A DNA stretch of 32,442 nucleotides. Origin: an uncultured bacterium (GTDB lineage Bacteria; Bacteroidota; Bacteroidia; Bacteroidales; Marinifilaceae). The notes under the pieces were generated by a model that saw only the letters and a program-made list of their open reading frames with translations, searched no databases and was not told where the DNA came from. Every line of letters starts with the position of its first letter. The first letter of the stretch is position 1. Both the position numbers and the translations under genes were made by a program. Of this stretch, positions 9,325 through 17,904 are shown in pieces. The DNA is taken from contig CAJMQA010000001.1 in the NCBI GenBank assembly GCA_905215395.1, positions 1 through 32,442 on the forward strand, read 5' to 3'.

Positions 9325-9505
9325 GGTTTTCCGGATAAAGTTGAGAGGACCATAAAAACGCTGAGGACGAGTGTCTGTGTTAGTTTTTCTGAACGGCCAT
9401 CGGGGTGTGTCTGAGGACTGAAAGTCCGAGTTCCCCCGATAGTGAAAGACAAACTTACACGACCGTCACGAAGCGCAAAGGTCCGATAGCTTTATCCGGA
9501 AAACC
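9325..9505. repeat. 181-bp imperfect palindrome with perfect 16-bp terminal inverted repeats (MITE/REP-like element or structured RNA)
   Basis: GGTTTTCCGGATAAAG(9325-9340) pairs with CTTTATCCGGAAAACC(9490-9505). Nested internal stems: GGACC/GGTCC, CGCT/AGCG, GACG/CGTC, GTGTTAGTTTTTCT/AGACAAACTTACAC, ATCGGGG/CCCCGAT, apex GGACT-GAA-AGTCC. Flanked by GGA on both sides. Confidence 0.8.
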
Positions 9506-9691
9506 GGACAAAAGAATTCTAGAATTAATTTTGTTATACAGTAAAATCGCATGCAGACACTTTAAAGATTTTAGCAGGATTTTAAAGATTTACAAATTAC
9601 TTTATCACTTTGACTTTCTACCTTTTAGGTTTTTATGCGTATACAACACTATCGTGAGTTGATAGAAATAAAAAAACGTAATAGAAAAAAG

Positions 9692-10936
9692 ATGAAAAAA
9701 AAATTCTTGATTGTGTTATTTTCGGCACTGGCAGTAGGATTGTGTGCCGAAGCAAAAGCCCAGAAAGTAAGTGTAGTATCGGTATCGCAAAAACGTGATC
9801 TGCATAATTTCTATACAATGATGAAGGAAGCCTTTCCATTAGCTTATAACGATCCTGCAGCACCTCGTTTTATCTTCTTCGACGACAACAGAAATTTCAT
9901 TTTCGGAGTTGGTGGTTATGTCCAATTGAGTGGAATCTATGATTTTAACGGCGTAGAAAATTACAATGACTTTGTGACTTCCAGTATTGCCCTGAAAGGA
10001 CAGCAACCGGGAGCCAGTTATGGAATGACCCTGAGTCAGTCCCGCTTGTTCTTTAAATTAGTCGGTAATACGGATGTCGGTCGTCTGGTCTCCTATATCG
10101 AAATGGAATTTGAAGGTCCCAATAATACCCCGAAACTCCAGCAGGCATTCGTACAATTCAAAGGCTTCACTCTGGGACAGGCCTGGAGTACATTCGGGGA
10201 TATGTCGGCAGTACCGACCACAATCGATGAAGAGGGACCCTGTAGTGGTATTGAAATTCGACAGCCCATGATTCGTTACACCTATAAAATCAATGACCGT
10301 TGGCAGACAGCCCTGGCTCTGGAATATGCACAGGCATCTTATACGACGGGAAATTTTACAAACAAAATCCGTCAAAAAGTACCCGATATTCCATTGAATG
10401 TGCGGTATAGCATGAAAAACGGCAGCCACCTCCAGATAGGAGCTATCCTGAGAAATATCAGTTATCAGGACAAGACCAACGACAAAGATAAAATGAAAAC
10501 CGGTTGGGGAGTCATGGGTAGCGGCCTGATCAATCTTTGCCCGAAAACCGAATTCATGTTTCAGGGAGTATATGGAAAAGGGATTTCCAATTACATTCAG
10601 GACATCGCCGGTCTGGGGTACGACCTGATCCCCAATCCCCAGTATCAGGGACGACTGAAAACCCCCGGCATGTGGGGTCTATTCGGAGCCATCCAGCAAA
10701 ACTGGACTTCTAAACTCTATTCTTCTTTGATTTACAGTTATGCACGTCTGGAAAACCGGGCCGATCTGGCAGGAACCACCTATAAATATGCACAATATGC
10801 AGGTGTCAATCTGCTATGGAACTTTACAGAATACGGAACCACCGGTATCGAGTATGTTTTTGGACGCCGGAATGACTTCAACAAAGACTATGGCAATGCC
10901 AACCGTATCAATGCAATGGTACAATACAGATTCTAG
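9692..10936 (+). CDS. DcaP-like outer-membrane beta-barrel porin
   Basis: Signal peptide MKKKFLIVLFSALAVGLCAEAKA from the ATG at 9692 (rather than 9635). Motifs QSRLFFK, YIEMEF, LGQAWSTFGD, RQPMIRY, PDIPL; C-terminal barrel signature VQYRF. Confidence 0.75.
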   Translation: MKKKFLIVLFSALAVGLCAEAKAQKVSVVSVSQKRDLHNFYTMMKEAFPLAYNDPAAPRFIFFDDNRNFIFGVGGYVQLSGIYDFNGVENYNDFVTSSIALKGQQPGASYGMTLSQSRLFFKLVGNTDVGRLVSYIEMEFEGPNNTPKLQQAFVQFKGFTLGQAWSTFGDMSAVPTTIDEEGPCSGIEIRQPMIRYTYKINDRWQTALALEYAQASYTTGNFTNKIRQKVPDIPLNVRYSMKNGSHLQIGAILRNISYQDKTNDKDKMKTGWGVMGSGLINLCPKTEFMFQGVYGKGISNYIQDIAGLGYDLIPNPQYQGRLKTPGMWGLFGAIQQNWTSKLYSSLIYSYARLENRADLAGTTYKYAQYAGVNLLWNFTEYGTTGIEYVFGRRNDFNKDYGNANRINAMVQYRF

Positions 10937-10977
10937 CTCATAAACAATTTCATTGGGATTTATCCATTCAGAAAATC

Positions 10978-11907
10978 TTATGAGTGGATAAATTCTTTTG
11001 CTTTCAATTGGTCTTTCTGAAGTTGTTTAGCAAGCTCTGTTACACTATCAAATTTACGCTCTCCCCGAATGCGTCCGGCAAGGGTCACATGGATATCCTG
11101 TCCATAGATATCCTGATGGAAATCAAAGATATGTACTTCGATTCGCATCATTCCGGAACGACTGACTGTCGGACGCACTCCAATATTCAGCATTCCACCG
11201 TATTCCTGTCCTGCGACCCATACTTTTACAGCATAAACTCCGGAGGCGGGCAATAATTTCCGTTCATCTTTCAATCCGATATTTGCTGTCGGAAAACCCA
11301 AAGAACGTCCGATTTTATCACCTGCTACTACAGTACCTGAAATTGGATATGCATAGCCAAGAAACTCATTCACACGCCCCACGTCACCAATCTCTAAAGC
11401 ATTCCGGATTTTAGTAGAACTAATATTAATATTATTCTCCTCATAAACCTCTTCCTGCTCCAGATAGAAATGATAACGTTCTGACAGTTCTTTTAGCTTA
11501 TCAAAAGTGCCTTCGCGGTTTTTGCCGAAACGATGGTCATATCCCACCACCAAACCTTTTATCCCCACCTTATCCACAAGAATATGACGGACAAAATCGA
11601 TATAATTCAATTCAGCCAGGGACTGTGTGAATTGGAGGATAATAAGATGTTCTACCCCAAGAGAAGTAAGAATTTCAATTTTCTCCTCCAGAGTTGTCAG
11701 AATGCCGGGACGTTTTTCTCTGGGATACAGAATCTCCCTGGGATGAGGCTCAAAACTGATGATCACGGTTTCTCCGCCTAAATGTTGTGCCACCCGTTTC
11801 AACGATTCAATCACCTGTACATGACCTTTGTGTACCCCGTCAAAACTACCAATTGTGACAATTGGGCCGGCTATGTTGATATGATCTATTCCGTAATGTA
11901 CCTGCAT
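10978..11907 (-). CDS. ribF: Bifunctional riboflavin kinase / FAD synthetase
   Basis: TIGSFDGVHKGH, FEPHP, VVGYDHRFG, ISSTKIR, GRSLGFPTAN, NIGVRPT, EVHIFDF. Confidence 0.97.
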   Translation of the reverse strand: MQVHYGIDHINIAGPIVTIGSFDGVHKGHVQVIESLKRVAQHLGGETVIISFEPHPREILYPREKRPGILTTLEEKIEILTSLGVEHLIILQFTQSLAELNYIDFVRHILVDKVGIKGLVVGYDHRFGKNREGTFDKLKELSERYHFYLEQEEVYEENNINISSTKIRNALEIGDVGRVNEFLGYAYPISGTVVAGDKIGRSLGFPTANIGLKDERKLLPASGVYAVKVWVAGQEYGGMLNIGVRPTVSRSGMMRIEVHIFDFHQDIYGQDIHVTLAGRIRGERKFDSVTELAKQLQKDQLKAKEFIHS

Positions 11908-11926
11908 CCTGAAAAAATTTAGGTCA

Positions 11927-11957
11927 CAAAAATACGAAATTGTTGTAGATAAACAAA
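11927..11957 (-). promoter_or_regulatory. Bacteroidetes -33/-7 promoter for ribF
   Basis: Minus strand TTTG (11957-11954), 19-bp spacer, TATTTTTG (11934-11927). Confidence 0.7.
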
Positions 11958-11980
11958 AAAGCGGCTGATACAGCCGCTTT
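11951..11980 (-). terminator. Intrinsic terminator after nrdJ
   Basis: AAAGCGGCTG-ata-CAGCCGCTTT, followed by a T-tract on the minus strand. Confidence 0.85.
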
Positions 11981-11986
11981 CTATCT

Positions 11987-14527
11987 TTATCCGCATTTTG
12001 AAGTCCCGCAAGTCTTACAAATCAGACAACCTTCCTGATATACGACCGGAGAACCGCAATGCTCACATTTCTCTCCTGTCGCTTCTGTGCCATTCGGAAT
12101 ATACTTTTTCAAAGCACGTTCCACACCGTTTTTCCAAGTATTGATGTTTTCATTGTCAAACTCCATAGATGAAACCAACTCCACCGCCTGATGAACAGGC
12201 ATGCCATGCCGCAATACTCCGGAAATCAATTTGGCATAATTCCAGTATTCCTTATCAAACTTATAGGACAAACCTTCTACTGTCGTCTTAAAACCACGTT
12301 TGTTCTGGAATTGGAAGTCATAACGGGAATTCCCTTCCGCATCGTAATGTTTTACAATCTTCCCTTCCGTTACAGCCTTTGGAAGCATAATTCCTTCCTC
12401 ATCATCAGCTATACCGGTAAAAATCTCATAAGGACGGCCATTATACAAACCGATAAAAGCAATCCATTTTTCTTTATTATTTTGAAAACGTACAACATCA
12501 GCATCCAGCTCCATCGGACGTTTGGCCGGCATTTCACCGGGCATGCCTGCCTGTTTTTTCTCCTTATTGGAAACCAGGACTCCGGCGCGTGAACCATCCC
12601 TGTACACAGTACATCCTTTACAACCGCTCTTCCAGGCTTCGATATAGAGTTTCCCCACCAACTCTTCAGTAACCTCTGAAGGCAGATTCACAGTCACACT
12701 AATAGAATGATCCACCCACTTCTGTACCTGTCCCTGCATCCGGACTTTAGCTACCCAGTCAATGTCGTTTGAAGTCGCTTTATAATAAGGAGATTGAGCT
12801 ACCAGTTCATCGATTTCTGCATCCGTATAATGTTTGTCAGTATTGTATCCATTGACCTTCATCCATTCTGCAAACTTGTGATGGAATACGATAAACTCCT
12901 CATAAGAATCTCCGGACTCATCCACAAAATCGACATGCACATTCTGATCATTCGGATTTACTTTTCTCCTGCGCTTATAAACCGGTAAAAATACAGGTTC
13001 AATACCGGAAGTCGTCTGAGTCATCAAACTGGTCGTACCGGTAGGCGCAATAGTCAGGCACGCAATATTCCGGCGACCGTATTTCGTCATATCGTTATAC
13101 ATCTCCGGATCCGCTTCCCGCAAACGGGCTATAAACGGATTCCCTGCTTCACGTTTGGTATCATAAATTTTAAAACTACCCCGGTCTTTGGCCAGATATA
13201 CTGAAGCCCTGTAGGCTTCCACCGCCAAAGTTTTCTGAATATCCACAGCAAAATCGATGGCTTCATCACTACCATAACGCAATCCGAGTGCTGCCAGCAT
13301 ATCTCCCTCTGCAGTAATGCCAACTCCGGTCCGGCGGCCTTCTTTCGCTTTTTGTTTGATCTTTTCCCACAAACGGATCTCAACTCCCTTCACCTCCTCA
13401 GTTTCCGGGTCTGCTTTCACCTTATCCAGAATCGCATCGATCTTCTCCAGCTCAAGATCTATAATATCATCCATAATACGTTGTGCTATAGCTACATGCT
13501 TCTTAAACAAGGGAAAGTCAAAGAAAGCACCTTTGGAAAAAGGATTCTGTACATAAGAATACAAATTGATAGCCAGCAAACGACAAGAATCATAAGGACA
13601 CAAAGGTATTTCACCGCAAGGATTGGTTGATACTGTACGGTAACCTTTATCTGCATAACAATCGGGAACACTTTCACGGATAATGGTATCCCAGAAGAGA
13701 ATTCCCGGTTCCGCAGATTTCCATGCATTATGGACAATCTTATCCCACAGCTGTTTGGCATTGATTGTCTTTTTATATTTCGGATCATCAGAATAAACCG
13801 GGTACTTTTGTTCATATTCCCGTTCATCGATAACTGCCCGCATAAATTCATCATCAATCTTCACCGACACATTTGCCCCCGTCACTTTTCCCTCAGTCAT
13901 CTTGGCATCAATAAAGCTTTCAGAATCCGGATGATTGATAGAAACACTCAACATCAAGGCACCACGACGTCCGTCCTGTGCCACTTCACGGGTAGAGTTT
14001 GAATACCGTTCCATAAAAGGGACAATACCTGTCGAAGTCAGCGCAGAGTTTTTCACCGGAGAACCTTTTGGACGAATATGCGACAAATCATGTCCAACCC
14101 CTCCCCGGCGTTTCATCAGTTGCACCTGTTCCTGATCAATTTTCATAACACCACCATATGAATCTGAAGGCCCTTCGTTTCCGATCACAAAACAATTGGA
14201 TAAAGATGCAATCTGAAATTCATTTCCGATACCCGTCATTGGTCCTCCCTGAGGTACAATATATTTAAAATCCCGCAGAACTTCAAAAATGGTCTCTTCA
14301 CTCAATGGATTCGGATAATGATTTTCCATTCTGGCGATCTCTTTTGCTAAACGTCTATGCATATCATCCGGGTTTTTCTCGAAAATATTTCCGAAAGAAT
14401 CCTTCAATGCATACTTATTCACCCAAACCCGGGCTGCCAATTCATCCCCATTGAAATAATTCAATGAACTCCGGAATGCTTCATCCTGGGTAAAAGTCTC
14501 CTTCTCTTTTGCTGCATATTCATTCAT
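11987..14527 (-). CDS. nrdJ: Adenosylcobalamin-dependent (class II) ribonucleoside-diphosphate reductase
   Basis: SLSNCFV, GRRGALML, STNPCGEI, TIAPTGTTS, VDHSISVTVNLP, CTVYRDGSR, C-terminal CxxC...CxxC. No nrdB is adjacent. Confidence 0.95.
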   Translation of the reverse strand: MNEYAAKEKETFTQDEAFRSSLNYFNGDELAARVWVNKYALKDSFGNIFEKNPDDMHRRLAKEIARMENHYPNPLSEETIFEVLRDFKYIVPQGGPMTGIGNEFQIASLSNCFVIGNEGPSDSYGGVMKIDQEQVQLMKRRGGVGHDLSHIRPKGSPVKNSALTSTGIVPFMERYSNSTREVAQDGRRGALMLSVSINHPDSESFIDAKMTEGKVTGANVSVKIDDEFMRAVIDEREYEQKYPVYSDDPKYKKTINAKQLWDKIVHNAWKSAEPGILFWDTIIRESVPDCYADKGYRTVSTNPCGEIPLCPYDSCRLLAINLYSYVQNPFSKGAFFDFPLFKKHVAIAQRIMDDIIDLELEKIDAILDKVKADPETEEVKGVEIRLWEKIKQKAKEGRRTGVGITAEGDMLAALGLRYGSDEAIDFAVDIQKTLAVEAYRASVYLAKDRGSFKIYDTKREAGNPFIARLREADPEMYNDMTKYGRRNIACLTIAPTGTTSLMTQTTSGIEPVFLPVYKRRRKVNPNDQNVHVDFVDESGDSYEEFIVFHHKFAEWMKVNGYNTDKHYTDAEIDELVAQSPYYKATSNDIDWVAKVRMQGQVQKWVDHSISVTVNLPSEVTEELVGKLYIEAWKSGCKGCTVYRDGSRAGVLVSNKEKKQAGMPGEMPAKRPMELDADVVRFQNNKEKWIAFIGLYNGRPYEIFTGIADDEEGIMLPKAVTEGKIVKHYDAEGNSRYDFQFQNKRGFKTTVEGLSYKFDKEYWNYAKLISGVLRHGMPVHQAVELVSSMEFDNENINTWKNGVERALKKYIPNGTEATGEKCEHCGSPVVYQEGCLICKTCGTSKCG

Positions 14528-14569
14528 AGTCTGTTACTGTTAACGTAAGTTTTCTTCTATCTCATAATG

Positions 14570-14577
14570 CAAATATA
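14570..14577 (-). promoter_or_regulatory. -7 promoter box for nrdJ
   Basis: Minus strand TATATTTG (TAnnTTTG), about 40 bp upstream of the ATG. Confidence 0.6.
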
Positions 14578-14832
14578 TGGAAAAAGAAAACTTCTATGGT
14601 AATTTTTTCAAGGTATTTTTTTGACAAGTTTTCCAAAATTGACACAATCATCAATGAAAATCAACGACTTAAAAAGTTACTAACAGTATAAAAATTCTCC
14701 AAAAATACAATTCTAATCATTCCGCAAATGAGAAAAGCAAATATTTTAACACAATTATTTTTCAACAATCTTTCCGGTTTTATAAACCGGTATGAAGAAA
14801 TAAAATCAGTAATCTATAGATTAATATGAGCC

Positions 14833-15366
14833 TCAATTCAGGCTGGCAAGCTCTTCCGGAATATGCACCTGTAAACGGCGGTTCTCAAAATCTATTCCGG
14901 AGACATAAGTATCAGAAAGTGGTAATAATATCTCTTTACCTAAAATAGAAACAGTAAAAACAACATTACCCGAATAATCTGCAACATCGGTAATTTTTCC
15001 GGAAGATCCGGAAACCTGGTCATCGACATCGAAATTCATCAATTCAAAGACATCAAAATCAAATTCATCCACATCCCGTCCATCCAGCAATGCACTTTCA
15101 AGCATCACTTCACAACCCACCAAACGACTGGCCTGTTCAAGCGTATCAACAAAATCAAACTTCACGATATAAGAAGTATGATTACGTTCAGCCAATCCTT
15201 TCTCTGCAATAAAAAAAGGAACCGGTGCTCCGTCCAATTGGAGGAACACCGGTTCATCTGCATATTTTTCCAGTAAATCACTATCGGTAGTAATCACTAC
15301 TTCCCCTTGCAAATTGTGAGTTTTGCTGATCTCTCCGATTTTAACGCAATCTTCCCGGGTAATCAT
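14833..15366 (-). CDS. rimM: Ribosome maturation factor RimM
   Basis: True start MITREDCVKIGEISKTHNLQGEV at 15366; PVPFFI; PRC-barrel-like C-terminus EILLPL. Directly downstream of rpsP. Confidence 0.93.
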   Translation of the reverse strand: MITREDCVKIGEISKTHNLQGEVVITTDSDLLEKYADEPVFLQLDGAPVPFFIAEKGLAERNHTSYIVKFDFVDTLEQASRLVGCEVMLESALLDGRDVDEFDFDVFELMNFDVDDQVSGSSGKITDVADYSGNVVFTVSILGKEILLPLSDTYVSGIDFENRRLQVHIPEELASLN

Positions 15367-15376
15367 TACAAAAAAA

Positions 15377-15949
15377 TTATTCTGCAGCAGGAGCTTCAGA
15401 TGCAGATTCAGGTGCAGCTTCAGCAACATCCTCTGCGGGAGCGGCGGCAGCTTCCTCTTCTGCTTTCTTTGCAGCCTCAGCAGCAGCCAATTCAGCCTTT
15501 TTCTTTGCAATTACTTCTTCTCTCGCAGCTCTTACTTTAGCTTCTGCTTCCAGACGTGCCTTAGCAGCAGCATCTCCGGCCTGAGCCAATTTCTGAATCT
15601 TAGCCTGAACTTTAGCTTCTTTTTCTTTCATCCAGGCCTCAAATTTAGCTTCAGCAGCAGCTTCGTCAAAAGCACCTTTTTTTACACCTTCCAACAGGTG
15701 CTTTTTCAGGAGTACTCCTTTGTATGACAGAATTCTCTCAGCAGTATCAGTCGGCTGCGCACCGGTCATCAACCAATATAAAGCCCTGTCAAAATTGAGA
15801 TCGATAGTAGCCGGATTTGTGTTCGGATTGTAAGTTCCTACTTTTTCAATGTAACGACCATCGCGTGGTGCTCTACTATCTGCTATCACTACATGATAGA
15901 ATGGACGTCCTTTCCGTCCGTGTCTCGCTAATCTGATTTTTGTAGACAT
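15377..15949 (-). CDS. rpsP: 30S ribosomal protein S16 with Ala/Glu/Lys-rich C-terminal extension
   Basis: [46 protein letters not shown]. Confidence 0.98.
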   Translation of the reverse strand: MSTKIRLARHGRKGRPFYHVVIADSRAPRDGRYIEKVGTYNPNTNPATIDLNFDRALYWLMTGAQPTDTAERILSYKGVLLKKHLLEGVKKGAFDEAAAEAKFEAWMKEKEAKVQAKIQKLAQAGDAAAKARLEAEAKVRAAREEVIAKKKAELAAAEAAKKAEEEAAAAPAEDVAEAAPESASEAPAAE

Positions 15950-15997
15950 TCTTTTTAATTTTAAAAATTAATATTCTCCCATTCTCGATAGGAGCTG

Positions 15998-16005
15998 CAA
16001 AGATA
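15998..16005 (-). promoter_or_regulatory. -7 promoter box for rpsP-rimM
   Basis: Minus strand TATCTTTG followed by CA, about 50 bp upstream of the rpsP ATG. Confidence 0.75.
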
Positions 16006-16029
16006 GTACAAAATAATGAAAACTGAAAA

Positions 16030-16740
16030 TCAAGCCGGTAAAATAAATAAGATAGAAAAATAAGTAAAAGAACGTTCCAGAATCTGTTCCCTCTCCGAAG
16101 TATAAAATTCCTGAGCGGTTCCCACCTGCTCAAAATAGTGGTAATGCAATTCCGGATGCCGGGCAATAAAAGGACGCAATATTGCCTCTCCCAAAGGAAC
16201 TTTCATGATAACCACAGAACGCCTGGCAACCACTACCTCCAGCAATTCCTCCAGAATCACATCCCCGGGAATAACCAGCAAACGTTCCTGCTGTTTCACA
16301 ACATGCAATCCGACAGAGGCCCCCGCGGCAATAAAAGCAGGCACCCCGGCCACCATCTCCACCGGTAAACCCGCACTTCTGAGTTTTTCATACATATAGT
16401 TGGCCGAGGAATAAAAACAGGCATCCCCCTCTGCTGTAACGGCAATATTTTTTCCGAGCGCAACCAAGCCTAGCATCTCCTCACAAACGGTATCATAAGC
16501 TCTCAAAGCCTCTTCCCGGTTCCGGGACATAGGCAAATGAAAAGTGCTGACTTTAGAAATATCTACGGGCAAAGCCAAAAGAATATCCAGCGCCCTGGAT
16601 TTAAAAACACCGTCCTTGCCCATTGTTCCCGGACAAAATATCACATCGGCCTCTTTCAACGCATTCAATGCTTTCCATGTAATTAATTCCGGTTCTCCCG
16701 GCCCCAGCGAGACACCAACGATTTTTCCTTTATTTTCCAT
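16030..16740 (-). CDS. cbiL: Precorrin-2 / cobalt-factor II C20-methyltransferase
   Basis: GVSLGPGEPELITWKA, ADVIFCP, FHLPMSR, AEGDACFYSS, VAGVPAF, VVIMK: tetrapyrrole methylase family, CobI/CbiL-like. Confidence 0.85.
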   Translation of the reverse strand: MENKGKIVGVSLGPGEPELITWKALNALKEADVIFCPGTMGKDGVFKSRALDILLALPVDISKVSTFHLPMSRNREEALRAYDTVCEEMLGLVALGKNIAVTAEGDACFYSSANYMYEKLRSAGLPVEMVAGVPAFIAAGASVGLHVVKQQERLLVIPGDVILEELLEVVVARRSVVIMKVPLGEAILRPFIARHPELHYHYFEQVGTAQEFYTSEREQILERSFTYFSILFILPA

Positions 16741-16871
16741 TTCTTCTCATCCAGTTATATCCGGCAAAAGTCATAAAAAAAACGAAACAGTCAAAATAAA
16801 ACTCAAAACTCCATTCATCCTTTTCCTGGTTCGATACGTTCTTTTACATATAAATCATAGCAATTTAATTA

Positions 16872-16913
16872 GGCATTTATATACTATTTTACAGTAAACC
16901 TTACTTTTATGTA
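16872..16913. repeat. 42-bp dispersed direct repeat, copy 2
   Basis: Identical to 9101-9142; lies 22 bp beyond the stop of the last gene of the SusCD locus. Confidence 0.95.
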
Positions 16914-16935
16914 CCTTAAAAAGTCAAATCTATTT

Positions 16936-17904
16936 TTAAGAAGCAAACAACTTTTCTATTTGTTTCCGATGTTCAGGATTGATAACCACTTCTTTATAGC
17001 GGCTTTTAATGATCTCTTTGGCTTCAGAACTCATGTCTTTAGCATGTTGCATAATAAAGGAATGAGCCACATCACCTGCAATCTGAGGGCAAAGATGCAA
17101 AGCCGAAAGTTTATCGAACCAAGCATTGAAATACTGTGCCGGCTCCCCGGAAAAGTCTTTCAATTCCTGAGCAATCTTTCCGTTCCAATAGGAAACTTCG
17201 TACGTTTTATAACGATAGACCTTATTATAAATCACAGAGTCATTCTTGGGTAACATCTTATCGAAGATATTAAAGTCTCCGGGTATTTCACTCTGATCCT
17301 GGGGATTCAGCAAAGCATGGTACACCGGATAATAAAGATAGGATACAGCCAGAGGCACTTTCACCTGCAACTTGAACAAATCTGCAAAATCCCGGTCATA
17401 GCCGGCTGAATCGGCTTTCAAAAAATTTTCAATTAATCCATCGTTATAGCCGACAATCGTATCCAACAACTCTTTAAATTCAGCCGGAGGATAGATAAAT
17501 AACTCCTCAGTAGAGGGGAACCATTGATTCTCGTAATAATGTATCATCATGCGAGTCTCTTTATTGACACCTCCAGGAAATACGACCGACCCATATTCAC
17601 CGCTTTTTACTCGGGCGGCATCCATTTCAATCCCGAGCTTCATGCCAGGTGCCAGATACAGGGGAAAAGCAGCCTTTCCATTCATCAGGCGCACATAGGT
17701 CCCTTCATCCAGATCCAAACATGCAGAAAACCCACCTACCGAATCAAGCTCCGCTTTGACTAAAGAATCCCGGCCGGAAATCTCAAAATACACCTTATTC
17801 CCCTTGTAATTAGTAAGCTTACCGTCAACAGTAACCTTCTGCTTAACATTCGGATTGCATGCCCCAAGGCACACAATCCATAAAATAACAATTATATTCC
17901 TCAT
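16936..17904 (-). CDS. Lipoprotein resembling the N-terminal part of Bacteroidetes TlpA-type proteins, without a thioredoxin domain
   Basis: Lipobox LGAC; beta-rich start VTVDGKLTN...PLYLAPG followed by a helical region; no CxxC. Start overlaps the upstream stop (ATGA). Confidence 0.6.
   Translation of the reverse strand: MRNIIVILWIVCLGACNPNVKQKVTVDGKLTNYKGNKVYFEISGRDSLVKAELDSVGGFSACLDLDEGTYVRLMNGKAAFPLYLAPGMKLGIEMDAARVKSGEYGSVVFPGGVNKETRMMIHYYENQWFPSTEELFIYPPAEFKELLDTIVGYNDGLIENFLKADSAGYDRDFADLFKLQVKVPLAVSYLYYPVYHALLNPQDQSEIPGDFNIFDKMLPKNDSVIYNKVYRYKTYEVSYWNGKIAQELKDFSGEPAQYFNAWFDKLSALHLCPQIAGDVAHSFIMQHAKDMSSEAKEIIKSRYKEVVINPEHRKQIEKLFAS

Noticed and set aside
9361..9430. Two CTGAGGA motifs resembling the hammerhead ribozyme core CUGANGA
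   Set aside because: I could not build the required stem II followed by GAAA, stem III and an NUH site. The motifs are better explained as part of the rod structure.
9405..9662. 85-aa plus-strand ORF crossing the hairpin element, and the 74-aa ORF at 8919-9143
   Set aside because: Non-ATG starts, no protein-like features, and overlap with structured or AT-rich regulatory DNA.
11987..14527. Possible intein or intron in nrdJ
   Set aside because: The ORF is continuous at ordinary length with contiguous catalytic motifs and no splicing or homing-endonuclease signatures.
14774..14790. CCGGTTT-TAT-AAACCGG hairpin downstream of rimM
   Set aside because: A short stem with no U-tract on the minus strand; too weak to call a terminator.
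15367..15510. N-terminal extension of RimM in the ORF track
   Set aside because: It is off-frame overlap with the rpsP tail; RimM similarity starts at the ATG at 15366.
15377..15650. Low-complexity Ala/Glu/Lys extension of S16
   Set aside because: A common feature of Bacteroidetes S16; not novel.
16771..16818. 15-aa hydrophobic ORF MNGVLSFILTVSFFL downstream of repeat copy 2, loosely like the 36-aa peptide
   Set aside because: Very short and coincides with the T-rich probable cbiL promoter (TTTG-N19-GACTTTTG). The ATG inside repeat copy 2 gives only MPN-stop. The similarity is not convincing.
9101..16913. The 42-bp repeats as attL/attR of an excisable element
   Set aside because: The enclosed DNA is housekeeping (ribF, nrdJ, rimM, rpsP) with no integrase; excision would remove core genes.
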